Below are positions 43,008-55,000 of a DNA stretch of 64,000 bases, piece after piece (the stretch's first letter is position 1; each line of letters begins with the position of its first letter). Origin of the DNA: Eledone cirrhosa (lineage: Eukaryota); NCBI GenBank assembly GCA_964016885.1, contig OZ024740.1:304668001-304732000 (forward strand). Direction: 5' to 3'. Position numbers and translations under genes: made by a program. A model generated the notes under the pieces. That model was not told where the DNA came from. It was given only the letters and a program-made list of their open reading frames with translations, and searched no databases.

Positions 43008-44665
43008 TCTCTATATATATAAAACAGATGTCTGTCTGTGTGTGTATGATTTTTATGCATTTCCACATTTCTCTACCGATTTTGATGATTATTTTTCCAA
43101 TGTGCTCCAAATTTACCAAGGATGGTCACCACATAATAAACTTTGCCAAAAATTTCCTGCTTCTATGAAAAAATCGATAAAACTAAATACATGCTGTAAC
43201 CCTCTCTCTTACACGCTTATTCACTCTCAATACTACCCTAAAAAATCTATGAAACTATATACATGTTGCAACTCTCTCTATATATATCACACACACACAT
43301 ATACATATACATCTAAAGAGAGAAAGGGAGATGTAGAGAGAGTGAGATAGGTCGTTATACAGAGAGAGGTACAAGATAATCAGATAGAGAGACAGAGAGA
43401 GAGAGAATGGCGACGAACGCTGGTACACACACACACACACACAAACACATATATATATAAAGACAGAGAGAGAGAGAGAGGTCTGTGCATTCTTTATTGT
43501 TCTCCATTCTGTAGAGGAAGAGAGAGAGAGGGGGTATGAGTGAGAGAGAGAGAGAGAGGGTATGAGAAAAAAGGGAGAGGGGTTGAGAAAGAAAGAAAGT
43601 TTAAGCAAAGAATCACTGCTTTCAACATTAACGGGATCTTCTGAAACTAAAAAATCAATCTGTGAATGCAGAATTAAATATTTCGAGAAACGTTGCAACC
43701 GAAGGCAAACAAGAAGATGATATTTTGGTTCGTGAAGACGTTCTCTGGTAATGAACGGAAAAAAAAGCGATGATAATACGTCGTTATGTGAACCAAGAAG
43801 AACAATTTCATGCAAAGACGAGACCAAGTTTATGGTATAAATGGAGTCGTTAGACTAATATTCTATTTAAAATAACCGAATAATTTCCAGCCCCGGAGTT
43901 TAAGAATGATGTAAATAAAATTGTAAACGAAAATGACAGAGGTTATCTACCGATACTGCCAATAATAATAATAATAGTTGTTTCTACTTTTGGCACAAAG
44001 CCAGCAATTACCCAGTATATTACTGGTACTTTATTTTATCGACCCCGTAAGGATGAAAGGCAAAGTTAACCCCGACAGGATTTTAACTTTGCCTTAAAAT
44101 AGTAAAAGTAAATAGTGAAGATTTAGGCCAGTACATATATATGCGCCGACAGACTTACACATACATATACATACGCACACACACAAACAAACACACACAC
44201 ACACGCACAGACGCGCGCGCGCACATATGTGTGTAAACCTTATGCATTTCTACAGTATTTTCACCAAACTTAAGACATAGGTTACTTATGTACTCCAGAT
44301 GGTCATGGGCACTTTCATTTTTCCAGATATTGATTATAGGGTCTCCTGGCAGATAACCCCCTTTAACCACTTCCTTGGAGTCGACTGAAGCACTGCAGTG
44401 CATTGCAACAAAACGTCATAACTTCTGGAGTTTGCAACCGATTTTCACAAAACTTGACACATGGGCTACGTTTGTTCTACATATAAATGTGAACTCTCAG
44501 AATTGGCACATATTGAGTAGAGGACCCCTGGGGGCAGGAATCCCCTTTTGGAAAAAGCCGATGATTTTGTAAAAGTATAGTTTTCGAAGCAGCACTGAAG
44601 TATTGACATAAATGGTATACATAACTGCTATTTAATACCCGAGCAACGCCGGGTACCTCTGCTAG
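43008..44665 (+). mobile_element. Non-autonomous Helitron
   Basis: A|TCTCTATATATATAAAA 5' end; subterminal hairpin ACCCG...CGGGT then CTAG|T; no target duplication; nested SINE at 43948-44090. Confidence 0.85.
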
Positions 44666-45329
44666 TTAATTAATGAAGAAGTTTGAGGGATTTACTAAAA
44701 TCATTAAATATTTCATTACTAAGATAGTAACTTAATGTAAGGTTCTTATATAAAACTAGATCACCTGTGACCCATTGGGTCATGTTCACTTAAAAATAAT
44801 TTTTAAATAATTAAAATATACACAGACATGTATATAATGTAAAATGAAATTGGAAGGCCCATATATATATATATGAATAAATTTAGTCCTTCATCAGTGA
44901 TCTTCCAGTCTTCATTGGTATTTCATCGCTTTAAAGACCATATACCTCTGGTTGGTGCGAGCAGCAGCTAAAGAAAGTCGTTGGGACACGTAAATAGGGG
45001 GAACGAGCGAGACAGTAAACAAACAAAGATGGTAATGCAACGAAAAGTGAGGAAGAAGGAGTCAAGTCTCTGAAATCGATGAACATAAGTTCTGTGAAAT
45101 CGTAGACGAGAGAGAATAAAGACCATCCAACCTGGTCGAAATGTGAGTGAGGAAAGAATTTCGCACAGGCCAAACGGGAAGAAGTAGGAGAGGGAGTAGC
45201 AGAGAGTGAGTGAGTGAAAGTGTGAGGAAGAGGCTAACAAAGAGAGTGACTGGCAGAGGGGGTAAAAAGAAAGTGAGAGATACAGAGAAATACATATATA
45301 TATGTGTGTGGTGTGTGTGTATACATATA

Positions 45330-45701
45330 TCATCATCATTTTACGTCCGCTTTTCCCTGCTTGGAAGGGTGGGACGGGAACTGATTCTGGCTTGATTTCT
45401 TCAGCTGGATGCCCTTCCTAACACCAACCTCATTTACAGTGAGTGCTGGGTGCTTTTATTCCGGGGCGCCTACACGTCCATTTTACAAAAGGCGGGTGCT
45501 TTTTTGCCATGGGTGCTTTTTTTCCACTTTGCAGTGGAATGATAGGGACCCCAGTCCTATCATCTCATTTCTACAACTGAGAACTGAAGCAATGTGAAAT
45601 AAAGTGTCTTGCTCAAGGAAACAACACATCACTCGGTCTGAGAATTGAACTCACAACCTTTCGATTGCAAGCCCAATACCCTAACCACTAACCCATATGC
45701 C

Positions 45702-45705
<4 letters not shown>
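45330..45705 (-). mobile_element. tRNA-derived SINE family B
   Basis: Homologous to 29285-29625. Confidence 0.8.
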
Positions 45706-45759
<54 letters not shown>

Positions 45760-45762
<3 letters not shown>

Positions 45763-47005
45763 TCATCATCATCATCATCATCAACGTTTAACGTCCGTGT
45801 TCCACGCTTGCATGGGTTTGGACGGGGGTATTCCCACTTGAGGCAAGAGTGATTGTCTTGCTCGCATAGGACTGTCTGGCAGGTTTTCTACAGTTGGATG
45901 CCCTTCCTAACACCAACCACATTTACAGTGTGGGTCTGGGAGGTTTTTACCGTGTTGCCTACACGGCCACATTACAGCGTGGACTGTGTGTTTTTTTGTC
46001 GTGACACCTACACGATCTCATTTGTTTCGGCCTGGATGGTGTGGCACCAACATAACTTTACATAGAAGGGGGCGGTGTGGATGGGGTGGGGGTGGTGGGA
46101 CGGGGGTGTATTTTGTTAGAGATGCCTACTGACTGTAGTAGGTTTTACTTTGTATTTAGGTAAGGCGAGTCTTCTCTATTACTGAGTACCGCCAAAGGTC
46201 TCGGTCCAGTGACATTGTCTTGGTGAGGTGTAAGTGTGTGAGGTCGGAGTTTATCAGCTCGTCCCAGGTTTTTCTGGGTCTGCCTATTCCGTGGCTACCG
46301 TCTATCTTTATTGCCCTGCACTTTGTTATACAGCTATTGTCCTTCATGCGCATCACGTGACCATACCAACATAGCCTTCTCTCTAGTAAACAACATCTGA
46401 TCCCTCTTATTTCTAATTTTTTCCTTAGTTCGTTTATGCTTTGTCGTTCACGTATATTACTATTACACATCCAGCGGAGCATGCAAGCTTCGTTTCTCTC
46501 TAGTCTGCGTATATCCTCTGCACATAATGCCCAGGTCTCACTGCCATGTAACATTGCTGTTCGTATGCAGGCATCGTACAGCCTGCCTTTCATTTTTAGG
46601 GAGAACCCTTTAGCGGCTAATAGTGGTATAAGCTCTCTGAACTTTTTCCACCCAGTTCTGACTCTAGCTACTGTACTTTCAGAGCACCCTCCCCCACTGC
46701 TGATTTTGTCACCCAAGTAACGGAAGCTGTCCACTATTTCTATAGAACCCTCTGCGCTGTTGAAAGAGCTAGTATTTTGTGGGCACTTGCTGCTACTTAT
46801 TTCCCCAGAACACCAGCCACATGTAAAATCTATGTTCTTAGTTAGCTTACCTGTGATCCCACTACATCTTTTATGCACCCAAACTTTGCATTTGGGACAC
46901 AAAATGGAATTTCTACCTACGCCTTTCCTACACTCTGCGCATAGCCACTTCCCGGAGGGGACCGCCGCCTTATTTTCTTTCTTACAAACTAGAACTTTAG
47001 TCTTA
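45760..47005 (-). mobile_element. RTE LINE 3' fragment with PHD-type zinc finger
   Basis: Open frame KTKVL...CAEC...CPKC...H..C...CGWC...FRYLGD...WYGHVMRM; (CAT)n tail. Confidence 0.9.
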
Positions 47006-47018
47006 TAAATATATATAT

Positions 47019-47168
<150 letters not shown>

Positions 47169-47387
47169 GGGGTAACAAATAATAGTTAAATGCAGTCCAC
47201 TTAGGTAAAGTCCAGTTATGGTATTCCAGGTAGTGGATGATATTAACGCTTGGCTTGGTTTGACTCAACAAGGCGTTTTCATAGTGATGCTGCGGGTATG
47301 CCGTAATTCCTATGTTGTAAACACTTGGAGTAATAATAAATCAGGAAAGAAGGTTGACATGGTTTGCTATACAAAAAAGGTTTTAAT

Positions 47388-47506
47388 CTCATAGCTGACA
47401 ATTGTTTCTCAGAACTGGTAGGTCTAGAGGTCGCTATTCGCTTATTTTCGCGTTACTCGATCGCCAATACAAAATTATAACCAGTTAGATCTTCGGAGCA
47501 TGCGAG
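47388..47506 (-). ncRNA. Candidate type I hammerhead ribozyme with expanded loop II
   Basis: Minus strand: GCT-CCGAAGA-TCTAACTGG-(62 nt)-CCAGTTCTGA-GAAAC-AATT-GTC-AGC. Confidence 0.5.
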
Positions 47507-47564
47507 AATGAAGAAAATACACAGGCAAGAAAAGAATATACAGGCTACTATATGAAATAGTAAT

Positions 47565-47746
47565 TGTTTCTACTTTTGGCACAAGGCCAGCAATTACCCA
47601 GTGCATTACTGGTACTTTATTTTATCGACCCCGTAAGGATGAAAGGCAAAGTCAACCTCGGCGGGATTTGAACTCAGATCGTAAAGGGACGTAACTATGC
47701 TGGAAAGCATGGCGTCCGACCCTCTACCGATACTGCCAATCCACCG
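47565..47746 (-). mobile_element. Young full-length SINE family A with 20-bp target duplication
   Basis: CTACTATATGAAATAGTAAT on both sides; box A TGGCAGTATCGG, box B GAGTTCAAATC. Confidence 0.92.
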
Positions 47747-48168
47747 CTACTATATGAAATAGTAATGGCATTCAATTAGAACAATAACAACAATTACAAC
47801 AATGCTATTAATAAATTATTTGAGGAGACCCTGACATTACTTAGGTGGGGGGTATAATGTATCTAACGTTACGGCGTGTAAAACTAGCTGTCATGAGGCA
47901 GAAGTAAGAGTTTGGCATGTACAGAGTATCGAAGTGTGTATCAATTTTAAATTATAAAGATAAGCCAGTGTTTACAGTCTTTCTCTTCATCTTCAATAGT
48001 ATACATGAGTGGGACAACACTGTCAAAGCTATAATTTTGTATTGGCGATCGAGTAACGTGAAAATAAGCGAATAGCGATCTCTAGACCTACCAGTTCAGA
48101 GAAACAATTGTCAGCTATGAGATTAAAAACCTTTTTTGTATAGCAAACCATGTCAACCTTCTTTCCTG

Positions 48169-48329
<161 letters not shown>

Positions 48330-49553
48330 TGTCTGTGACCTATATACACCGATCACAGACAGACACATACACAAACACACACTTACTTAGAAACCCTTTC
48401 TATTTAGCAGGATACAGTAATGCTGTATTCGTTTCTTTGAAGTCACCAGTTATAATTTCATTCAACAACACCACCAGCTCTCTCTCTTCCATTTTCCTTC
48501 TCTGTCTCCTTCCCCCCTCTCTCTCTCTATGTTTCTCTTTCAATCTACTCTCTCATAACCACTATCTCTTCTGTCTATCCTTCTCTCTCTCTTTTTATGA
48601 AGGTACCCAGAAAAACCCTGTATCCCGGGAACCCATGCTCCGATTTACACAAAACTTGTTTTATTCCATTTGTATTCCCATTTCAGGGTCAACTTTCTTT
48701 CAAAATATTTTCCCATTATGCACCCTTTTGGCTGTATTACATTACAGACAAACAAGCAATCACAGAGTTTTAGTAGTATATAGATTATGTTGGAAGATTT
48801 TAATTTAAATTGAAAATCTTTAAAATGAGTGGTTTAGTTTAATAGAACCAGAGCTGGTTTTGACCAGGTTGGCAACTAAAGGGTTAATTATAGGATTTAA
48901 TGCATTAGATATTTAAAATTTGAAATGTGTGTGTCCCAATGGAAATGACCAGAATAATAGCCAAGCACCATAAATAATATTTAAGAAAATTGAGTAAAAT
49001 ACACTGGGAGACAGAAAAAATGGACAGATGTGCCTCCTATGTATTTAGTTCTGCCCCTCTAAATTCCAAGTTCAAATCTTACATAGAATCGAGGAAATAA
49101 ATAGCAGTGGCATAAGTAAGGAATCAGTTCTATTGACTCCATGACTTTCTAACACATTTGTCACCTTTTATTAAAAATTACTTGGGGTTCCTTTGAAATA
49201 GACACAACACCGATTTTTGTTGAAAATTGTTTGTTCAACCCTGTATAAGACATTTACTTATTTTAATAACCCTTCTAAGGCAAAGTCGACTTCAGCTGAA
49301 TTTGAAATTCAAACATAAAGCATTGACTTAGCAGCCAAAAGGGGTTCCATTGAAGAGTCTTTGGAGTAACATTACTCAATAGAGTGCATAGCTTGGAGAT
49401 CAGAGTCACTCCAGGTAGAGACACTACTTCTCCAGATTGAGAGATCACACCTCCAATACTATGGACATGTGGTTCGAATGTCTCAGGAGAGAATTGCTGG
49501 ACAGATTTTATGGGCAAAACCAACTGGCAGGAATAAGTGGGGGAAGAAGAAGA

Positions 49554-49828
49554 AGGTATCTTGGTGCTGTACCATTTCTACCAACAATATAGAGGGTTGA
49601 CCTGTAGTGCTGTCAGGTATCTTGGTGCTGTACCATTTCTACCAACAATATAGAGGGTTGAGCTGTAGTGCTGTCAGGTATCTTGGTGCTGTACCATTTC
49701 TACCAACAATATAGAGGGTTGAGCTGTAGTGCTGTCAGGTATCTTGGTGCTGTACCATTTCTACCAACAATATAGAGGGTTGAGCTGTAGTACTGTTAGG
49801 TATCTTGGTGCTGTACCATTTCTACCAA
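49554..49828. repeat. 61-bp minisatellite, about 4.5 copies
   Basis: GGTATCTTGGTGCTGTACCATTTCTACCAAC... recurs every 61 nt. Confidence 0.93.
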
Positions 49829-49924
49829 CTCACCATTTTCATCTTTGTCTTCATACATCTTATCAGACTCAACCTTTTCTTTCACATACGTCTGTATTTT
49901 CCTCAGTAATTTTCACTAAAAATG

Positions 49925-51678
49925 CGTTTTACCTCTTCATTTTGCTAGATTATTTTTACCTGTTCACTTTATTACCTTACCTTTACCGGTTCAAATTATT
50001 ACCCTACTTTTACCTGTTCACTTTATTAGATTATCTTTACCTGTTCACTTTATTAGATTACCTTTATCTGTTCACTTTATTAGATTATTTTTACCTGTTC
50101 ACTTTATTACCTTACTTTTACCTGTTCACTTTGTTACTTTACCTTTTACCTGTTTACTTTATTACCTTACCTTTACCTGTTCTTTTTGTTACTTTACCTT
50201 TACCTGTTTACTTTATTACCTTACCTTTACCTGTTTACTTTATTACCTTACCTTTACCTGTTTACTTTATTACCTTACCTTTACCTGTTTACTTTATTAC
50301 CTTACCTTTACCTGTTCACTTTATTACCTTACCTTTACCTGTTTACTTTATTACCTTACCTTTACCTGTTCACTTTATTACCTTACCTTTACCTGTTTAC
50401 TTTATTACCTTACCTTTACCTGTTTACTTTATTACCTTACCTTTACCTGTTTACTTTATTACCTTACCTTTACCTGTTCACTTTATTACCTTACCTTTAC
50501 CTGTTTACTTTATTACCTTACCTTTACCTGTTCACTTTATTACCTTACCTTTACCTGTTTACTTTATTACCTTACCTTTACCTGTTCACTTTATTACCTT
50601 ACCTTTACCTGTTTACTTTATTACCTTACCTTTACCTGTTCACTTTATTACCTTACCTTTACCTGTTTACTTTATTAGATCACTTTTACCTGTTCTTTTT
50701 GTTACTTTACCTTTACCTGTTTACTTTATTACCTTACCTTTACCTGTTCACTTTATTACCTTACCTTTACCTGTTTACTTTATTACCTTACCTTTACCTG
50801 TTCACTTTATTACCTTACCTTTACCTGTTTACTTTATTAGATCACTTTTACCTGTTCTTTTTGTTACTTTACCTTTACCTGTTTACTTTATTACCTTACC
50901 TTTACCTGTTCACTTTATTACCTTACCTTTACCTGTTTACTTTATTACCTTACCTTTACCTGTTTACTTTATTACCTTACCTTTACCTGTTCACTTTATT
51001 ACCTTACCTTTACCTGTTCACTTTATTACCTTACCTTTACCTGTTCACTTTATTACCTTACCTTTATCTGTTCACTTTATTACCTTACCTTTACCTGTTT
51101 ACTTTATTACCTTACCTTTACCTGTTCACTTTATTACCTTACCTTTACCTGTTTACTTTATTACCTTACCTTTACCTGTTCACTTTATTACCTTACCTTT
51201 ACCTGTTTACTTTATTACCTTACCTTTACCTGTTCACTTTATTACCTTACCTTTACCTGTTCACTTTATTACCTTACCTTTACCTGTTTACTTTATTACC
51301 TTACCTTTACCTGTTTACTTTATTACCTTACCTTTACCTGTTTACTTTATTACCTTACCTTTACCTGTTCACTTTATTACCTTACCTTTACCTGTTTACT
51401 TTATTACCTTACCTTTACCTGTTTACTTTATTACCTTACTTTTACCTGTTCACTTTATTACCTTACCTTTACCTGTTCATTTTGTTAGATCACTTTCATC
51501 TGTTCACTTTATTACCTTACTTTTACCTGTTCCAGTTATTTATTTTACCTTTACCTGTTCACATAATTAGATTATTTTTACCTATTCATGTTGTTACCTT
51601 ACCTTTACCTCTTCACTTTATTACTTTACCTTTACCTGTTCAAGTTATTTACTTTACTTTCACCTGTTCACCTGTTTA
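49925..51678. repeat. 27-bp pyrimidine-rich satellite (CCTTTACCTGTTYACTTTATTACCTTA)n, about 65 copies
   Basis: Direct periodicity; 9-aa repeats in the ORF track. Confidence 0.97.
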
Positions 51679-51700
51679 GATTACCCCAGTGTGTGTCATT

Positions 51701-51773
51701 ATGTGGAAGAACCTGGGAAGTATTTTAAGGGGGATTCATTTCCGCCATCTTCCCCAGAGAAAACTCCATCAAG
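51701..51773 (+). CDS. psuG: PsuG-like first coding exon ([24 protein letters not shown])
   Basis: AG acceptor at 51678-51679, ATG at 51701, donor at 51774 in phase 1 matching the next exon. Confidence 0.7.
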
Positions 51774-51951
51774 GTATTTGACATGTTAATTATTTAATTG
51801 TTATCAATATTAATGTTTATACTAACATAACAATCATTAGTCATTAGTGTATAGTTATAATTAAACTATATGATATGTAATATTATACTAAACAATGTGT
51901 ATACTAACATAACAAACATTACTCATTGGTATATAGTTATAACCAACTATG

Positions 51952-52000
<49 letters not shown>

Positions 52001-55000
52001 TGATAATGAAATTATTGTGCACAGTGCTCAGGTGCACTACAACTCATCAAAGGTGCATGTATAATTCATACAATAATGTACAAATGTCAGGAAAGTGAAC
52101 AGAGTATGAGTCATGATATGCATGTGTGTGTGTATGGAGGGGGTGGGGGGGATATCAGGTGTAGTGTTGGCGAATTTCAGGAAGCATGGAGGCCTTAAAG
52201 GATGCAGTGTCTCGGCAGCTAACAACTGATGCAGGTAGTTTGTTCCATGCTTCAGCAACTCTGAGCGTGAAAAAATGTTTCCGAAAGTCATGGGAGCTGT
52301 GCTGTTTTCTGACTTTGTAGACACATGGAATTCCAAAAGGGGCTCAGGGTTGTTGTTGGCAAGATGATTAACAATTTTGTGGGTGTTTACCAAGTCAGTT
52401 GCCAGACGTCGGAGCTTCAGTGTATCCATGCCCAGGGAAACAAGGTGTTCAGAGTATGGTAGATACCTGATGGAGGGTATTCGCTTGGTTGCATGTCCCT
52501 GAACAGATTCCAGGAGGTCAATATTCTGAGCAAGATAGGGGTTCCAGACTGGTGATGCAAATTCTGTGTGGCTGCACTATAGCTATATATAGCTTTAAAT
52601 AGATAGCTGGAGAGCGGCTAACAAAGGTCTTGCTGAGTGATGCCAAGACACCCTTGGCCTTTTTGACAATTTTAGAGATGTGCTTTGTCCAACCCAAATT
52701 GCTGTTGACAGTAATGTCCAGGTCACGTTTACAAGAAGACTTCTTGATATTAGTGTTGTAGAGGGAGTGTGTGGATGCTGGGTTTTTCCTCCGAAAATGC
52801 ATGGAGGTACACTTGTCCACAGCCAGCTTGTGTTGCCAGTCCATGATACATTGCTGCATTGTGTGTAGGAAAGATCTAAAGTGTTCAGGATCTGTCCTTT
52901 TTATCTCAAAATACAGCTTGATGTCATCTGCATATTTCAGTACTGTGGCATTCTTTAAGTTGGCATCTATGTCATTAATATATGCAACAAACAAAAAGGG
53001 ACCAAAAACAGATCCCTGCAGTACACCAGATGGCATCTCATAGGGTGAAGAATGCTGTCCTAGAACTGTAACTACCTCTTTTTGATTGAGAATGAAGGAC
53101 TTCAACCAGTTAAAAAGATCATCTTTCACACCCATTGCAGAGAGTTTTGCCATAAATCTTTTGTGTGGCAAAGAATTAAAAGATTTAGCAAAGTCAAGGT
53201 AAACAACATCCACCCATGAGCTGCCATCAGTAATCCAGGTGATGTCTTCAAGAAACTCAATAAGTTGATCACAGCAGCTGGAGTTAAGGATAAATCCAAA
53301 TTCCAGAAGTTTCAGAGTGTTTCTCTGACACAGGATTCCAACAGTTTGGCAATTCAGCTAGTAAGACTGACTGGACGATAGTTGACAGGCGATATGCGGT
53401 CACCCTTTTGAACAGAGGAATATAATATTATATAAACAATGTGTATACTAACATAACTAATATTAGTCATTGGTGTATAGTTATAACCAAACTATATATG
53501 TGATATTATACTAAACAATAGAACTTTAACATCATATGTCGTAGTTTAGAGTATATTTACATTATATATAGTAAGTCACCAGCATACTAATGTGATGTAG
53601 ACGCATCAGTAGTGTACTAATGTAATACAGAACTACCACTAGTGTACTAATTTAACATAGAGCTACCACCAGTGTACTAACATAATATAGAGCTACCATC
53701 AGTGTACTGATGTAATGTAGAGTAGTTTCCACTGTTCTAATGTAATATAGAGTAGGCACCACAGTACTAATGTAATATAGAGCAGTTAGAGTGTACTAAT
53801 ATAATATAGTGTATTTACTAGTGTACTAATGTAATATAGTGTATTTACTAGTGTACTAATGTAATATAGTGTAGTTATTAGTGTACTAATATAATATAGT
53901 GTAGTTATTAGTTTACTAATGTAATATACTTGTTTCTACTTTAGGCACAAGGCCAGCAATTACCCAGTGCATTACTGGTACTTTATTTTATCGACCCCGT
54001 AAGGATGAAAGGCAAAGTCAACCTCGGCGGGATTTGAACTCAGATCGTAAAGGGACGTAACTATGCTTGAAAGCATGGCGTCCGACCCTCTACCGATACT
54101 GCCAATCCACCGTTACTAATGTAATATAGAGCAGTTACTAGTGTACTAATGTAATATAAAGCAGTTACCAGTATGCTACACATCATTTTACGATTTCCTC
54201 AGTCTTATTTTTCCTGTTAGTCCTTTGTTTTTAAGGTGGCCAAGTCTCTGTCTCTTAGACTCCAATGGTACCTCTTAAAATGGCACACAAAAGACCAAAG
54301 AATTGTAGTTGATTCCACCTTTACTACACTTTCCATTTGCCCTGAAGAGCAAAGAAAGTAACAAAGTGGTAGTATTTTGTTGTTGCTGATGTGTCTGGTA
54401 CCCAGTGCAGGATTAAATCCTTTTGAGGTCTTAAAAACTTAAAAGATTATGGTACCCCCCCCCCCCCCCCTCACCACCAAATTTAATTTGAATAAAATGG
54501 TACCCTCTTCCTTCTTCATGCTCTAAGCATGTGTCTATTGTTTAATGGTTAATCCTGCCCTAATGTTATCCCAACTACTGCAACAAAAGCTTTGTTAGAG
54601 TTTTTATGTGCATTGAAACCCTTATCTGATTTCTAACATCCCCAGTTCTCATTCAACATCACCAACAGCTACTAAATATTAGATTAGTACATGAGTAGAG
54701 GTGTTTATAAAGGCATATACAGTATGTTTGTCATCATAATCATCATCATTGTCGTTTTAACATCCACTTTCCCTGCTAGCAAGGGTTGGATGGATCTATA
54801 TAGATTAAGTCAGTAGTGAAGCAGATCCACTTATCTCCCAAGCAAGCCAGGGATCCGTGCCTCGTTTTATGTACAGTTGACATTCCACAAGTCTCTCTAT
54901 GGATGTTTTAAGCTGTACTTATGTTACACCTACCTGAAAGCATATGTATGGTGGCATATACAATATATATAGGCATATACAATATGTATGGAGGCATATA

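Noticed and set aside
47690-47746. tRNA genes at SINE heads (also near 29560-29625)
   Set aside because: Boxes A and B are present but no cloverleaf was seen, and they continue into SINE bodies
49729-51679. Long hydrophobic ORFs of 613 and 497 aa
   Set aside because: Stop-free frames of a 27-bp satellite
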